Source: Squalus acanthias | Taxonomy: Eukaryota | DNA length: 64,000 bases | Direction of reading: 5' to 3' | Assembly: GCA_030390025.1 (NCBI GenBank) | Contig: CM059425.1 | Span: forward strand, 169,448,001 to 169,512,000 | Shown here: one piece after another, positions 1 through 10,759 of the stretch | Layout: every line of letters begins with the position of its first letter | Position numbering within the stretch: position 1 is the stretch's first letter | Made by a program: the position numbers and the translations under genes | Notes under the pieces: model-generated | What the model was told of the DNA's origin: nothing | Databases searched by the model: none | What the model saw: the letters and a program-made list of their open reading frames with translations, nothing else

Positions 1-336
1 TTTGGGGCGCAATTATCGACCGGGCGCAAAGTTTAGCGCCTGCCGCTAATTATCGCCTCCGACTGCAAACTTGGCTTTTATCGCCCCTGGAGGTGATTGG
101 AGCGCTAAATCAGGTGCTACACACCTCTCTTAAGGCGCTAACGCTGAGGAGCGAGGCGCTAACTCAGAGCGCGGGCGAAGCTCAGGTGATGTCAGTTAGC
201 AATGGAACACAGACACACTGGCGCCGGCCAGTTCTTAAAGGGAAGGGTCGATCTTGCTCTCCAGCCACACCCTGCTCATTGCAGTCTTGAATCTTGGCCT
301 GGACAGACCTGTGCATGAAATCTTCAACCAAGGACT

Positions 337-2115
337 ATGGAGAGGGTCAGGGAACGAGTTCAGCGCTTCAGCGACCGGGCCTTGGAGGCTCTGGTTGGCA
401 CGGTGGAGCGCCGAAGAGCAATACTGTACCCAGAGAGTGGCAGGAGGCCATTGCCACGTGACTACAGAAGAGTGTGGAGGGAGGTGGCTCATCACGTCTC
501 CTCCAGGAGCATGGTTCCCAGGACCCATACACCATGTCGCAAAAAGTTCAACGACCTCACTCGGGTCGTCGGGGTGAGTGGCTGTTTTTCAATACCTCTC
601 CATCCCTCCAGCTTAACCTCACTCTATGGCCAGAGGGTCTTAAAACCCCAATGTCTAACACATCCAAGACCTATGGCCATCTCATAAAACACACACGCAC
701 ATTCCACACCTTGCATACATTAAGGGCTATTCAACTATGGGAGGCACATCAGGCAAGACCATGGCTGCATATTTACTCAGACGCCGTCCTTTTTCTTGCA
801 GGCCAAGCTATCTCACAACAGGAGACAGCAGCAATGGACGGGTGGAGGGCCGTCTCAGCTGCAACCCCTCAGCGATCTTGAGGCGCGCATCCACAGGATT
901 GTGGCAAGCCAGGTGATCGATCCCGTCGCCGCTGGAGAGGCCGACCCCGTTCGGGACAGCAATGGTAAGGTCATCAGCTTTCTCTCCTCTCTCATTCCAC
1001 TTGTCCCTCACAACACCAGCCTTTTACACTTTCAATCCAACTTACAAAATCGCTCCACTCCTTCCTCCCTTACTGCCCCCCTGTCCTGACGCTAAAGCCA
1101 CTCTTGTACCTCCCTGCTTTCAGATGGTGATTCACCAGCTGAGGAGACGGGCCCTCAAGCAGCCAGTGGGAGCAAAGCCATAGGCGGGGAGGAAGAGGAA
1201 GCCGGAGCCTCAACGCCAGTGTCTCCCGAGGAAGCCCATGCCCACACTGGGACCACGTCTTCCTTGGAGGGGAGCAGGGGGGGAAGGGTCTGATGAGGGT
1301 GAAGCTTCGAGACCCAGCGGGCTGCAGCAACGCGATGGGGGTAGGGAAGCTCGGGGCAGGGAAGCTCGGGGGCCTTCTCCCCAGAGGGAGAGTAGGCCAG
1401 CGAGTCCTGCTGCACTGGACGCAGAAGAGGAGCGGCTCATCGCGGAAATGAACACCCAGGCGGTGGACATGCACACTCAGCTCATGGGTGCAATGGGAAA
1501 GGTGCCCGAAAGCATTGATGGACTGGCAAGGAGTCTGGAGCACTACGTTGCAGCACAGGCGGATGCCACGCTAAAGCTTAGTGCTGCAATTCAGTCACTG
1601 GCTGCCATGATCCAATCTCAGACTGCTCTCATGCAGTTTCAGATTGAGGCCACGCAAGCACTGACTGCTGCCATCGTCGCTGGTTCAGACACATTGCCCC
1701 GGGGCTCTCACCGCGCCGCAGTAGGCCAGCAATCTGTGCTCGAGCAGATTGCTCCGGATGCTGAGGTACTGCCCCGTGGGAGTGCCAGTGTGTCGGTCGA
1801 GCAAGGAGGTGCTATCCTCTCTCAAGATGACAGCATTCCTGCTGCCACGACTGTCACTTCCCATTGCACTTGCCACCGCCTGTAGCCCAGACTGCTGCCG
1901 CCCATGCAGAGTTGGTGCAGTCTGCAGCCGGGCCCTCCAGGCCCAGAGCTGGTCGAGGGCGTCCTTCAAGGGCATCTATCGTCTCAGGATCTGACATTCA
2001 GCAGCCTTCCATCAGCCTTGCTGCAGTCACTGGGGCCCCATTACGGAGGAGCAGTAGGGTGGGAAGGGGGGAAGTGCACAAGGGAAGGCGATCACCCTCG
2101 AAGGGCAAAAAGTAG
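337..2115 (+). pseudogene. Harbinger Myb/SANT-like DNA-binding protein gene; 3 exons (337-573, 802-964, 1124-2115); two 1-bp frameshifts in exon 3
   Basis: Exon 1 MERVRERVQRFSDRALEALV...W.EVA..VS.....RT..CRKKFNDL is a Myb/SANT-like (trihelix-type) domain. GT-AG introns at 574-801 and 965-1123; exon 2 starts AKLSHNRRQQQWTGGG. Frameshifts in the G-run 1277-1283 and the C-run near 1860-1862. AATAAA at 2266. Confidence 0.85.
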
Positions 2116-2423
2116 GAGGTCTCAGGAAATGATGGGAATGTTTTTATTAAAGGCCGAGGTTCGTCTGATAACTTTTGTTGAGTGTTTTGGCCATTATCTC
2201 CAGGTTGTGAAAACCAGTTATGTTAATTAATGATTTTTTGTGTTTGTTTCTATTAGTTTGTCATGAATAAATGATACACACAGAGTTTGTAAAATAAAAA
2301 AGTTGTATTCAAAATGTACATGTTTGGCCTTTGGAATCATTGCTGCCTTGGCCGGCTATAGGGGTTGCAGTTGCTTTCCATCATGTTGTTCTCCATGCCA
2401 GAAACCATCTTCTGAGTAGGGGC

Positions 2424-3653
2424 CTAGAAGCGGCTTGTTCTCAGTCTTTGACGGATGGTCCTTGCAGTTTCAACATTGTGGGCCTCCCTCCCACCTTGGT
2501 GCTGCTGCTGATCATCCTCCTCCTCTTCTTCCTCCGGTGGTACACCAAGGCCTGGTGGCATTGGCTGGGTCCTGAGGATTGCAAGGTTATGAAGAATGCA
2601 GCAAACAACTATGAAGAGGGAGACTCGCTCAGGAGAGTACTGCAGGGCTCCTCCTGAGTGGTCCAGACAGCGGAACCGTTTCTTGAGCACGCCGATCGTC
2701 TGCTCAATGATGTTCCTGGTGGCGAGATGGCTCTCATTGTACCACAGCTCAGCAGGGGTGTTGGGGTTACGGAGCGGTGTCATCAGCCAGGTGCAGAGTG
2801 AATAACCCTTGTCCCCGAGGAGCCAACCACTTGGCTGATGCGCTGCAAGGAAAATCTCTGGCACACCAGTCTGGCACAGGATGAAAGCATCGTGGCTGCT
2901 GCCAGGATGGCGGGCATTGACAGCGAGTATCAGCTGTCTGTGGTCACAGACCAACTGGACGTTTAAGGAGTGGAACCCCTTGCGGTTTCGGAAAACCTCT
3001 GCATTCTCATGCGGTGCCCGCAATGCCACATGCGTGCAGTCAATGGCACTCTGCACCATGGGGAAACCCGCTATCCTCGCAAAGCCCAATGCGCATTCAT
3101 GCTGTTTGGCCCGGGTCATCGGGAAAGAGATGTACTGGCGTCTCCTTTTACAGAGGGCATTTGTGACCTCCCAGATACAGCAATGGACCGCGAACTGGGA
3201 GATATTGGCGATGTCCCCAGTAGCTGCTTGAAAGGAGCCGATGGCATAAAAATTCAGAGCCACTGTGACCTTTACTGCCACCGACAGAGACGTCCTGGTC
3301 CTCAGTTGAGGCTGCAGATCTGGCTGCAGCAGGTGGCAGAGCTCAGTGACCACCTCCTTGCTGAAGCGCAGCCTGCGCAAACACTGCTCCTCAGACAAAT
3401 GAATGTAGGAGAATTGTTCCCAGAATTCCCTGGGAGGGTAAGGTCTCCTGTACAGAGGCCTGTTGGCCCTCCTCCCTCTGGCCATGATTGCCACTCTCTC
3501 TCTGCGTCTCTGATGCCTTCGATTCTGCAGGCGCAGGATGACGCCCCGAATCAGTGCAGCCCCCACAGTCTCTTGACAATCGAAGTAATGAAGGTCAAAT
3601 CCAAAAGAACCTGAAAAGTGCTGCTCAGTAGCCAAAACTACTTCATACAGCAT
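2424..3653 (-). CDS. PIF/Harbinger (HARBI1-like) DDE transposase, uninterrupted 409-codon ORF
   Basis: Motifs AIDCTHV, FRNRKGFHSLNVQLVCD, HPGSSHDAFIL, LLGDKGY, YNESHLATRNIIEQTIGVLKKRFRCL, CCILHN, then an acidic tail. Embedded in a TIR element, so a transposon copy and not the domesticated HARBI1 gene. Confidence 0.9.
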   Translation of the reverse strand: MLYEVVLATEQHFSGSFGFDLHYFDCQETVGAALIRGVILRLQNRRHQRRRERVAIMARGRRANRPLYRRPYPPREFWEQFSYIHLSEEQCLRRLRFSKEVVTELCHLLQPDLQPQLRTRTSLSVAVKVTVALNFYAIGSFQAATGDIANISQFAVHCCIWEVTNALCKRRRQYISFPMTRAKQHECALGFARIAGFPMVQSAIDCTHVALRAPHENAEVFRNRKGFHSLNVQLVCDHRQLILAVNARHPGSSHDAFILCQTGVPEIFLAAHQPSGWLLGDKGYSLCTWLMTPLRNPNTPAELWYNESHLATRNIIEQTIGVLKKRFRCLDHSGGALQYSPERVSLFIVVCCILHNLAILRTQPMPPGLGVPPEEEEEEDDQQQHQGGREAHNVETARTIRQRLRTSRF

Positions 3654-4199
3654 TGACTCTCTGCAGAAGTCTCTTTCTCTCTCTCTCAGAATCTCTCTCT
3701 CTCTGTCAGAATGAATGGTGCAAAAATGTCTCCCACAAAAAAAGGCAGGAAGAGGGCACCTTTAAATAGCACTCCCCCAGCCCCTTACCAACTGGAAAAC
3801 GTTCCACTCTCCCTGTCGTTGATTGCGGCAGGCGGAAAGGAAGGGGGCGGCACTCAATATACGGTCCGGGTTGCCACCAGGACGTTGCACGCTCGACTGA
3901 TGTCACGATCTGCGGGCGCAGGAGATTGGGGCAGTAGAGTTTAGCGCCAACGCAAAAACTCTGGTCAATTTCGCGAGCGGCACAAACATTGCCGTGCCCG
4001 GGTGCTAGTTGCGTTGCGCCCCATTAGCACCCTGTTAGGGCGCTAACAGGAGGCGCTAAGCAACCGAATTTTTCCCCCTAGGCCTCTCAACATGATAGTC
4101 TTGCATTAGCAAACATATACATGCTACAGATACTGTGATTATAAATGAGACAGTCCATTTGTCTATTGTTTATATCACAGTACTTGCTTCATCAATGTA

Positions 4200-5815
4200 T
4201 AGCTGAGCGACAGGAGATGAGAGTAGGGATAATGGGTAGGTACTCAAATTGGCAGGAGGTGACTAGTGGTGTCCTGCAGGGATCTGTGTTGGGGCCTCAA
4301 CTATTCACAGTATTTATTAATGGCCCAGAAATTAAACATCGATGGTTCCCGCGGGGGTAAGGATTCCCCGCGATATCGCACTCCGCGCCTACCTTTTTGT
4401 TTTGGGCCCACACGAACTTCAGTTTCAGGGCCTCTCCCTGTTGCCAGCGTGCAGTGCTTGCGTGTCCCAGAGGCGCAATTAGTTCGTGCGAGCTCTGGGA
4501 TCACGTGATTCAGTTAGAGCCAATGGCAGCACACCATCTTTCATTCATAGTTTTGACAGCAAGGGCTGTCAAAGCTATGAATACTATAAGCCCCCAAAAG
4601 AACAGCTAAACCTCAATTAAATTTAAAAAAAAGCCATCACATTAATAAAATAACTATAGTTAAATAAATTAACCACTTTAAACAAAAAATTAAATTTTTG
4701 AAAAAATTTAAAATCTTTTTAAAAGTTATAAAAATAAACTTACCTTTCTTTAAATTCTCTAAAAAAGATAAACCTGTTGAAAAAAATTTAAAATAACACT
4801 TAATTAACTACTTACCTTGTTAAAAGGGGGTCCTACGCCTGCTTTCTTTATGTGTAAAATCTTCACCACTTACCTGCGCGTTCAAACCTGAAAAAAAAAC
4901 TAAGTGCACTGCGTGCGCATAACCTGTAGTGCGCACGCGGTTCACTTAGGAACCGCCCCCTTTGCAATACACGAAGTGCCGGTATCCCGCGCATGCGCAG
5001 TGCATGCAGGAAACCGGCAATTCGGGACCTAATACGCGAGAGTACACAGTGCGTACTCTCGCGTATTAGGTCTAATTTTCGGGCCAATGACTTAGATGAT
5101 GGCATAGAAAGTCATATATCCAAATTTGCCGATGACACAAAGATAGGCGGCATTGTAGGCTGTGTAGAAGAAAGCATAAAATTACAAAGGGATATTGATA
5201 GATTAAGTGAATAGGCAAAACTGTGGCAAATGGCTGCAGCTGTGCAAAACCCTGGTTAGACCACACCTGGAGTACTGCGAGCAGTTCTGGGCACCACACC
5301 TTAGGAAGGATATATTGGCCTTGGAGGGAGTGAAGCGTAAGTTTACTAGAATGATACCTGGACTTCAAGGGTTAAGTTATGAGGAGAGATTACACAAATT
5401 AGGGTTGTATTCCCTAGAATTTAGAAGGTTAAGGGGTGATCTGATCAAAGTTTTCAGGATATTATGGGGAACAGATAGGGTAGATAGAGAGAAACTATTT
5501 CTGTTGGTTGGGGATTCTAGGACTAGGGGACATAGTCTAAAAATTAGAGGCAGACCTTTCAGGAGTGAAATTAGGAAACACTTCTACACACAAAGGGTGG
5601 TTGAAGTTTGGAACTCTCTTCTGCCAATGGCAATTGATGCTAGATCAATTGTTCATTTTAAATCGGAGATTGATAGATTTTTGTTAACCAAAGGTATTAA
5701 GGGATATATGGGCCAAAGGCAGGAATATGGAGTTAGATCGCAGATCAGCCATGATCTCATTGAATGGCGGAACAGGCTTGAGGGGCTCAATGGCCTACTG
5801 CTGTTCCTATGTTAC
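4200..5815 (+). mobile_element. CR1 LINE 3' fragment (RT and 3' tail), split by a MITE
   Basis: [39 protein letters not shown] resumes exactly across the MITE; KTLVRPHLEYC...RRLRGDL; CR1 3' tail ...GGCCTACTGCTGTTCCTATG. Confidence 0.9.
4322..5085. mobile_element. Harbinger-type MITE (family A, copy 1) with AAT TSD
   Basis: Imperfect TIRs GGCCCAGAAATTA / TAATTTTCGGGCC. AAT is duplicated at 4319-4321 and 5086-5088, and removing the insert restores the CR1 RT sequence. Second copy at 55995-56734. Confidence 0.92.
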
Positions 5816-5879
5816 TGTATCACTGATCTGACGAGAATGTGAGTTATCCTTTATAATGAGCCCACAAGTTATTCTCTAT

Positions 5880-6505
5880 AAACATAGGAACGTAGGAACA
5901 GACGTAGGCCATTCAGCCCATTATTCTGCCATTCCATTAGGTCATGGCTGATCTATACCTCGATCTCATTTACCCGACTTTGCTCCAAATCTGTTGCTAC
6001 TCTTACCTGACAAAAATTTGTCAATCTCAGTCTTGAAAGTTTCATTTGATCCAGCATCCACAGCCTTTTTGGGAGAGAGAGATCCAGATTTCTACTAACC
6101 TTTGTGTAAAGGAAGTGCTTCCTGATTTGACTTCTGAATGGCCTGGCTCTAATTTTAAGATTATGCCCCCTTGTTCTGGATTCTCCCACCAGAGGAAATA
6201 ATTTCTCTGTATCTACCCTATCAAATCCCTTTATCATTTTATAAACCTCGATTACATCACCTCTCAATCTTCTATACTCAAGAGAATACAAGCTAAGTCT
6301 ATGCAACTTGTCCTCATAAATTAAACCTTTAAGCCCCAGTATCCTTCTGGTGAATCTGCACTGTACCCCCTCCAAGGTCAGTGTATCCTTCCTGAGGTGC
6401 AGTGCCCCAAACTGAAAGCAGTGCTCCAGATGGGGTCTGACCAAGGCTCTATACAACTGAAATATAACTTCCTCCCTTTTGTATTCCAGCCCCCTTGAGA
6501 TAAAG
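5880..6505 (-). mobile_element. CR1 LINE 3' fragment
   Basis: YRALVRPHLEHC...YRRLRGDVIEVYK...SRTRGHNLK, plus CR1 tail (CATAGGAAC repeats on +). Confidence 0.88.
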
Positions 6506-7546
6506 TGTTGTTCAATTATGTGGATACTGAGACAGTATATTAGCAGAATTTCACGTTACTTTCCAATGAAGTGATTTGCGCAAATGTGTTAGAAATAACA
6601 CTCACACATTAGGAGAATAAAAACCATCTGCAGTGCAGTAGGCAGAAATAGAGCGCATCTCCCTCCTGCCCAGTCTCTCACTGATAAATGACCTGGATCG
6701 ACTTTAGAAGGCAGTTCTCTGGTCTCTCAGTCTCTGGTTACCTCGCTTACAGTTAAAAGCTCTAACAAGATAAATGAATATGGGCTGACCAGAAGAACAG
6801 AAAACAAAGGAGCAGATACTACATTTGTACTATCTCCTGCTGCAGGCCATTGAACATCAAAAAGAAAATAAATGTCTACTAATAGCTCCGGAGGATGTTA
6901 ACAAAGCAACTGACTCATTTCAAGAAATTTGTAACCAGAACGTTGACATCAACAGCTGGTTGGTGTGCATGCTGAGAGGAAGTTAAGAAGCTTTCTACTT
7001 AAAAGGCAAAATTAAACTAATTTTAAAGGGACAGTAAATTGCAATAGTTTACTAACAGATACAATCCATGCCAACAATTCTGTCAAAATGCTGCATAAAA
7101 AAACATGCACTGTAGTAATAATAATGCTTGGGGAAATACTGTCAGAGTCTGCAAAATGGATCTTGGTCATGAATTTTGACAAACAAGGTTTATTTTTTTG
7201 GAAATAGTTTGTTAAAGCAGGCTAGAAATCAAGAGGAGATAGTGAATTTAGCAACTGATTCTACATTGACTGTCTCCAACAATATCTAAAACCAACTAAC
7301 ATCTCCTTTCAGTCAAAATAAAGAAACAAATTGTCTGTGAGATACCTTCATGTGCAAATAAATACTCCATCCACTCCTTTATTTTTATAATCTGATGGTT
7401 CAGTGGCATAAATGCTATAGTTATAAAGTATGAGGGAATCATGAATGTCAGCAGAGCCCAAATCAATTAAACCTATTGGACTGAATGAAGATGGCCAACG
7501 CTAAGCCAGAGCCTGTTCTCTACAACCTCAAAGACATATGGGGGGA

Positions 7547-7732
7547 GGGGTCATTTCTGTCTTCATCGCTCGGGTGGTAAACCGATGGGGTGTATCTCCT
7601 GCCCATAATAGAAACTGCCCGATTTTCGTTTCGATTGATTTCAATGGAAATGAAAATTGGGCAGTTTCTGACAACGGGCAGGCATCACCTCGACAGTTTA
7701 CTGCCTAAGTGGTGAAGTTGAAAATTACCCCC
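7547..7732. mobile_element. Short foldback MITE
   Basis: GGGGTCATTT...AAATTACCCCC ends; imperfect palindrome along its whole length (AGAAACTGCCCGATTTTC / GAAAATTGGGCAGTTTCT) centred on ATTGATTTCAAT. Confidence 0.7.
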
Positions 7733-8091
7733 ACGATCAGGCCTTCAGCTCTCTAAAAGATTACAACTGGTACAATACTAAAAAGAGTTACTGTTCGTTG
7801 TGCAAAGTTAATCATCATATGCATGGCACAGTAGGAAAGCCTGGGCTTTCCCAACAAATTCCCCAGATCTTCTTGTATTCTCAGCAATCACCAGTGTCAA
7901 TCTTACAAGCCATTTGTTCTGGCTAATGTTGACTCCAGCTGTACCCTTTTGTTGTGCCATCCATTATATACAGAATTACAACCATTTATAATTTGGTTAA
8001 GGATTTATTGATTTTGCATTATTGTGTTAATATTTATGACTCACAGGGATAGAAGAGAAAAATTCTCCTCCTCTCCCTTGTTTGCTTTTGA

Positions 8092-10690
8092 ACAACAACA
8101 ACTTGTATTTATATAGCGCACTTAATGTAGTGAAACGTCCCAAGGTGCTTCACAGGAGTTTTATAAAACAAAATTTGACAACGAGTCACATAAGGAGAAA
8201 TTATTGCAGATGAAAGAGGTAGGTTTTAAGGAGCATCTTAAAGGAGGAAAGAGAGGTAGAGAGGCAGAGAGGTTTAGGGAGGGAATTCCAGAGCTTAGGG
8301 CCTAGGCAGCTGAAGGCACGGCCACCAATGGTTGAGTGATTAAAATCAGGGATGCTCAAGAGGGCAGAATTAGAGGAGCGCAGATATCTCGGGTGGTTGT
8401 GGGGCTGGAGGAGATTACAGAGATAGGGAGGGGCAAGGCCATGAAGGGATTTGAAAACAAGGATGAGAATTTTAAAATCGAGGCATTGCTTATGCGGGAG
8501 CTAATGTAGGTCAGCAAGCACAGGGGTGATCGGTGCGAGTTAGGACACGGGCAGGCCGAGTTTTGGAGGACCTCAAGTTTACGTAGAGTAGAACGTGGGA
8601 GGCCAGACAGGAGTGCCAGGAGTGCATGGGTTGGGGAGTTTATGTGGAGAAAGGGAGGATAGGAGGGCAGTGAACTCAGAGGAGAGAGAGCATAATGAAT
8701 TATGATGGAGGTTGAAATCACAGTGGATGAGAAGTCGCTTGGTGCAGAGGCTGAGGGAGCAAAGCAGTGAAGATATCTCGGTGATAACAATTTTATGGTA
8801 CTTGGGTGGACGGTAGAGAATGAGAATTTTATGTGAGAGGTAAGAGGGGTGGGACAAGGTGAGATACTCAAAGGAGGAGAAAATGCCAGAGCAGTAGGGG
8901 CACAGAACAAGGTGTGATTTGTTGATGAGAGCCACACCGCCACCACGGCGGGGCACGGTGGGGTATAGCCAGGCAGGGCAGCTTCATTTAGGGATAAGGT
9001 GTCATCACCCCTCAGCCAGGTTTCCGTCAATGCCATGATGTCAATGCAATCAACCACGATAACTTCATGGATGGCAAAGGCCTTGTTCACAAGTGAACAG
9101 ATATTCAGGAGTGAGATGGCAGTGATGGCTGATCCACTGCCAGAGTCCACAGGGTTAGCACTGGGAGGGGTGAGTTGGACGGGGAGGAAATTGGCAAGAT
9201 TAGCCCCCAGTTGGCGCGCTGGGCGGGAAGGTTGGCGAGAGAGTAGGATGGGACAGTTGGGAGTTGCTGCTCATGAGGAGGCAGTGACCAGTGCCTCGAT
9301 AGGCCCTTCAGAGGAAGCCAAGAGAGGCACAGAGGGAAGCTGTGGGCTTATCTAAGAGGGGGTCAAGCCTGGGATGGCAGCAGGAGAGTAGGAAGGTCGA
9401 AGAGTCATGGATGGATGGGGTAGGGATTTGGGAGGGCAGTGTACCCAAGAGAGGAGAAATGAAAGGAGGCATGAGGACAGGAGAGAGCGGTCAAGGAGGG
9501 ATCGAGAGAAAAGAAAAAGGAAGAGAAAAAAGTGGAAATAGAAGTGATTGGCTCGGGTTCGGAGCGGCAGCCAAAATGCACACACAAATGGACACAGGGA
9601 AAATTCAAGTTACATAGGCCTGGTTATGTAGCAATTATTAGGTAACATTTCCTGGTAGTAACAGGGAATAGATAGGAGACAACGGTAGGGAGTCCAGAGT
9701 TAAAGTCAGAGGTCCCATGGAGGGATAAGTTGATGTAGGTAGGGTGGAGTCGGCATGGAGCATTGACGAACTGTTGTCCAAGTTTGGAGACAGGTGTAGC
9801 GGGCGAGTGAACTCCAGAAGCTATTAGAAGGGTAGCGAATCGGAGGATGGAGGTTATTCCGTGCGAATGAGAATCCAGGAGATTTGCAGAATTGGTTGCG
9901 GTGCAGAAAGATGACGGCAAAGTTGGAGGTCACCGTAGATCAGAAGCGGCGGAGAAATGTAAACCGCTAGCCAGAAACCAACAAAGCCGAAAAACCGTTC
10001 GAATGAGTCAGCCATTCACAGGCTCAGCAGAGAACAGCAGCAGTGGGGGAAGGGCTGTTGCTGACCAAAGTTACTTTAATATTTTAGGAACAGAGCAGCA
10101 AATCAGAGACACAGCAGATGACTCTTACGGTGTAATCCAGCGTGGTCCAGTGCAGAAGCGTAGTCTTGATGTCCAGAAAAGTCCAGGAATTTGGAATCCA
10201 AATTTGAGAAGCGATCCGGCAGCTCATTGAGAGAAGCAGAGAGCAGGCATAGGGAATAACAACAGAAAACGCTGGAAAAACTCAGCAGGCCAGGCAGCAT
10301 CCGTGGAGAGAGAAACAGAGTTAACGTTTCAGGTCGAAGACGAAAGGTCTTCGACCTGAAACGTTAACTCTATTTCTCTCTCCACGGATGTTGCCTGGCC
10401 TGCTGAGTTTTTCCAGCGTTTTCTGTTGTTATTTCGGATTTCCAGCATCCGCAGTATTTTGCTATCGAGCAGGCATAGGGATTGGGGGATGGGTAATGAC
10501 GGTTTAAAATAGCAGTTAACTTGTAGTTAGGGCTAAAATGCACCAAATAATGGAGCCAGGGGAACTTGAACTGTGGAAGCGAGGAGATTTGGGAGAGAAA
10601 GGGCAACGGATGGCAGCAGATTCCCATGGATAGAGGTGAAGCAATGAGGGGCTCCCTATGGAACTGCCAGCCTAGCAGCAGCCATCTTTG
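8092..10690 (-). mobile_element. L2-clade LINE with a large internal deletion; extent from 9360 to 10690 (putative 5'UTR/ORF1) is inferred
   Basis: APE motifs SLLNICSLVNK...IMALTETWL, ILYRPP, DFNLH are joined near 8626 to an L2-type 3' end (GCGCTATATAAATACAAG(TTG)n). A YY1-like AAGATGGCTGC marks the inferred 5' end near 10678-10688. Confidence 0.65.
10255..10466. mobile_element. Penelope-like terminal-repeat insertion forming an 87-bp inverted repeat; 14-bp TSD
   Basis: Arms at 10255-10341 and 10347-10433 with 2 mismatches; GAGCAGGCATAGGG duplicated at 10241-10254 and 10467-10480; same sequence as the 3' end of the PLE at 47193-48290. Confidence 0.85.
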
Positions 10691-10759
10691 AATTGCATGC
10701 ATTAAAACAAATCAACAAATCGGTAATAAAATTATGTGTTGGCAATGCTGTATTACATA

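Larger units (their letters stand above)
1..4078. mobile_element. PIF/Harbinger DNA transposon, two-gene (autonomous-type) architecture; left TIR lies just outside the window
   Basis: Convergent transposase (-) and Myb/SANT gene (+). Right end is AATTTTTCCCCC at 4067-4078. GC-rich subterminal regions are full of TTAGCGCC/GGCGCTAA repeats. The related MITE at 62828-63666 suggests about 25 bp of the left end is cut off. Confidence 0.92.

Noticed and set aside
2970..3614. 214-aa plus-strand ORF and similar antisense ORFs over transposase and LINE sequences
   Set aside because: Shadow frames of the opposite-strand TE coding sequence.
2424..3653. Domesticated HARBI1 gene
   Set aside because: Sits inside a TIR-bounded element with a partner Myb gene, has decayed relatives in the same window, and shows decay-type substitutions.
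7870..8000. Candidate upstream KRTCAP2-like exon after the acceptor-like TTGTATTCTCAG
   Set aside because: No HRVC-like motif, stops in the frames tested, and no suitable donor.
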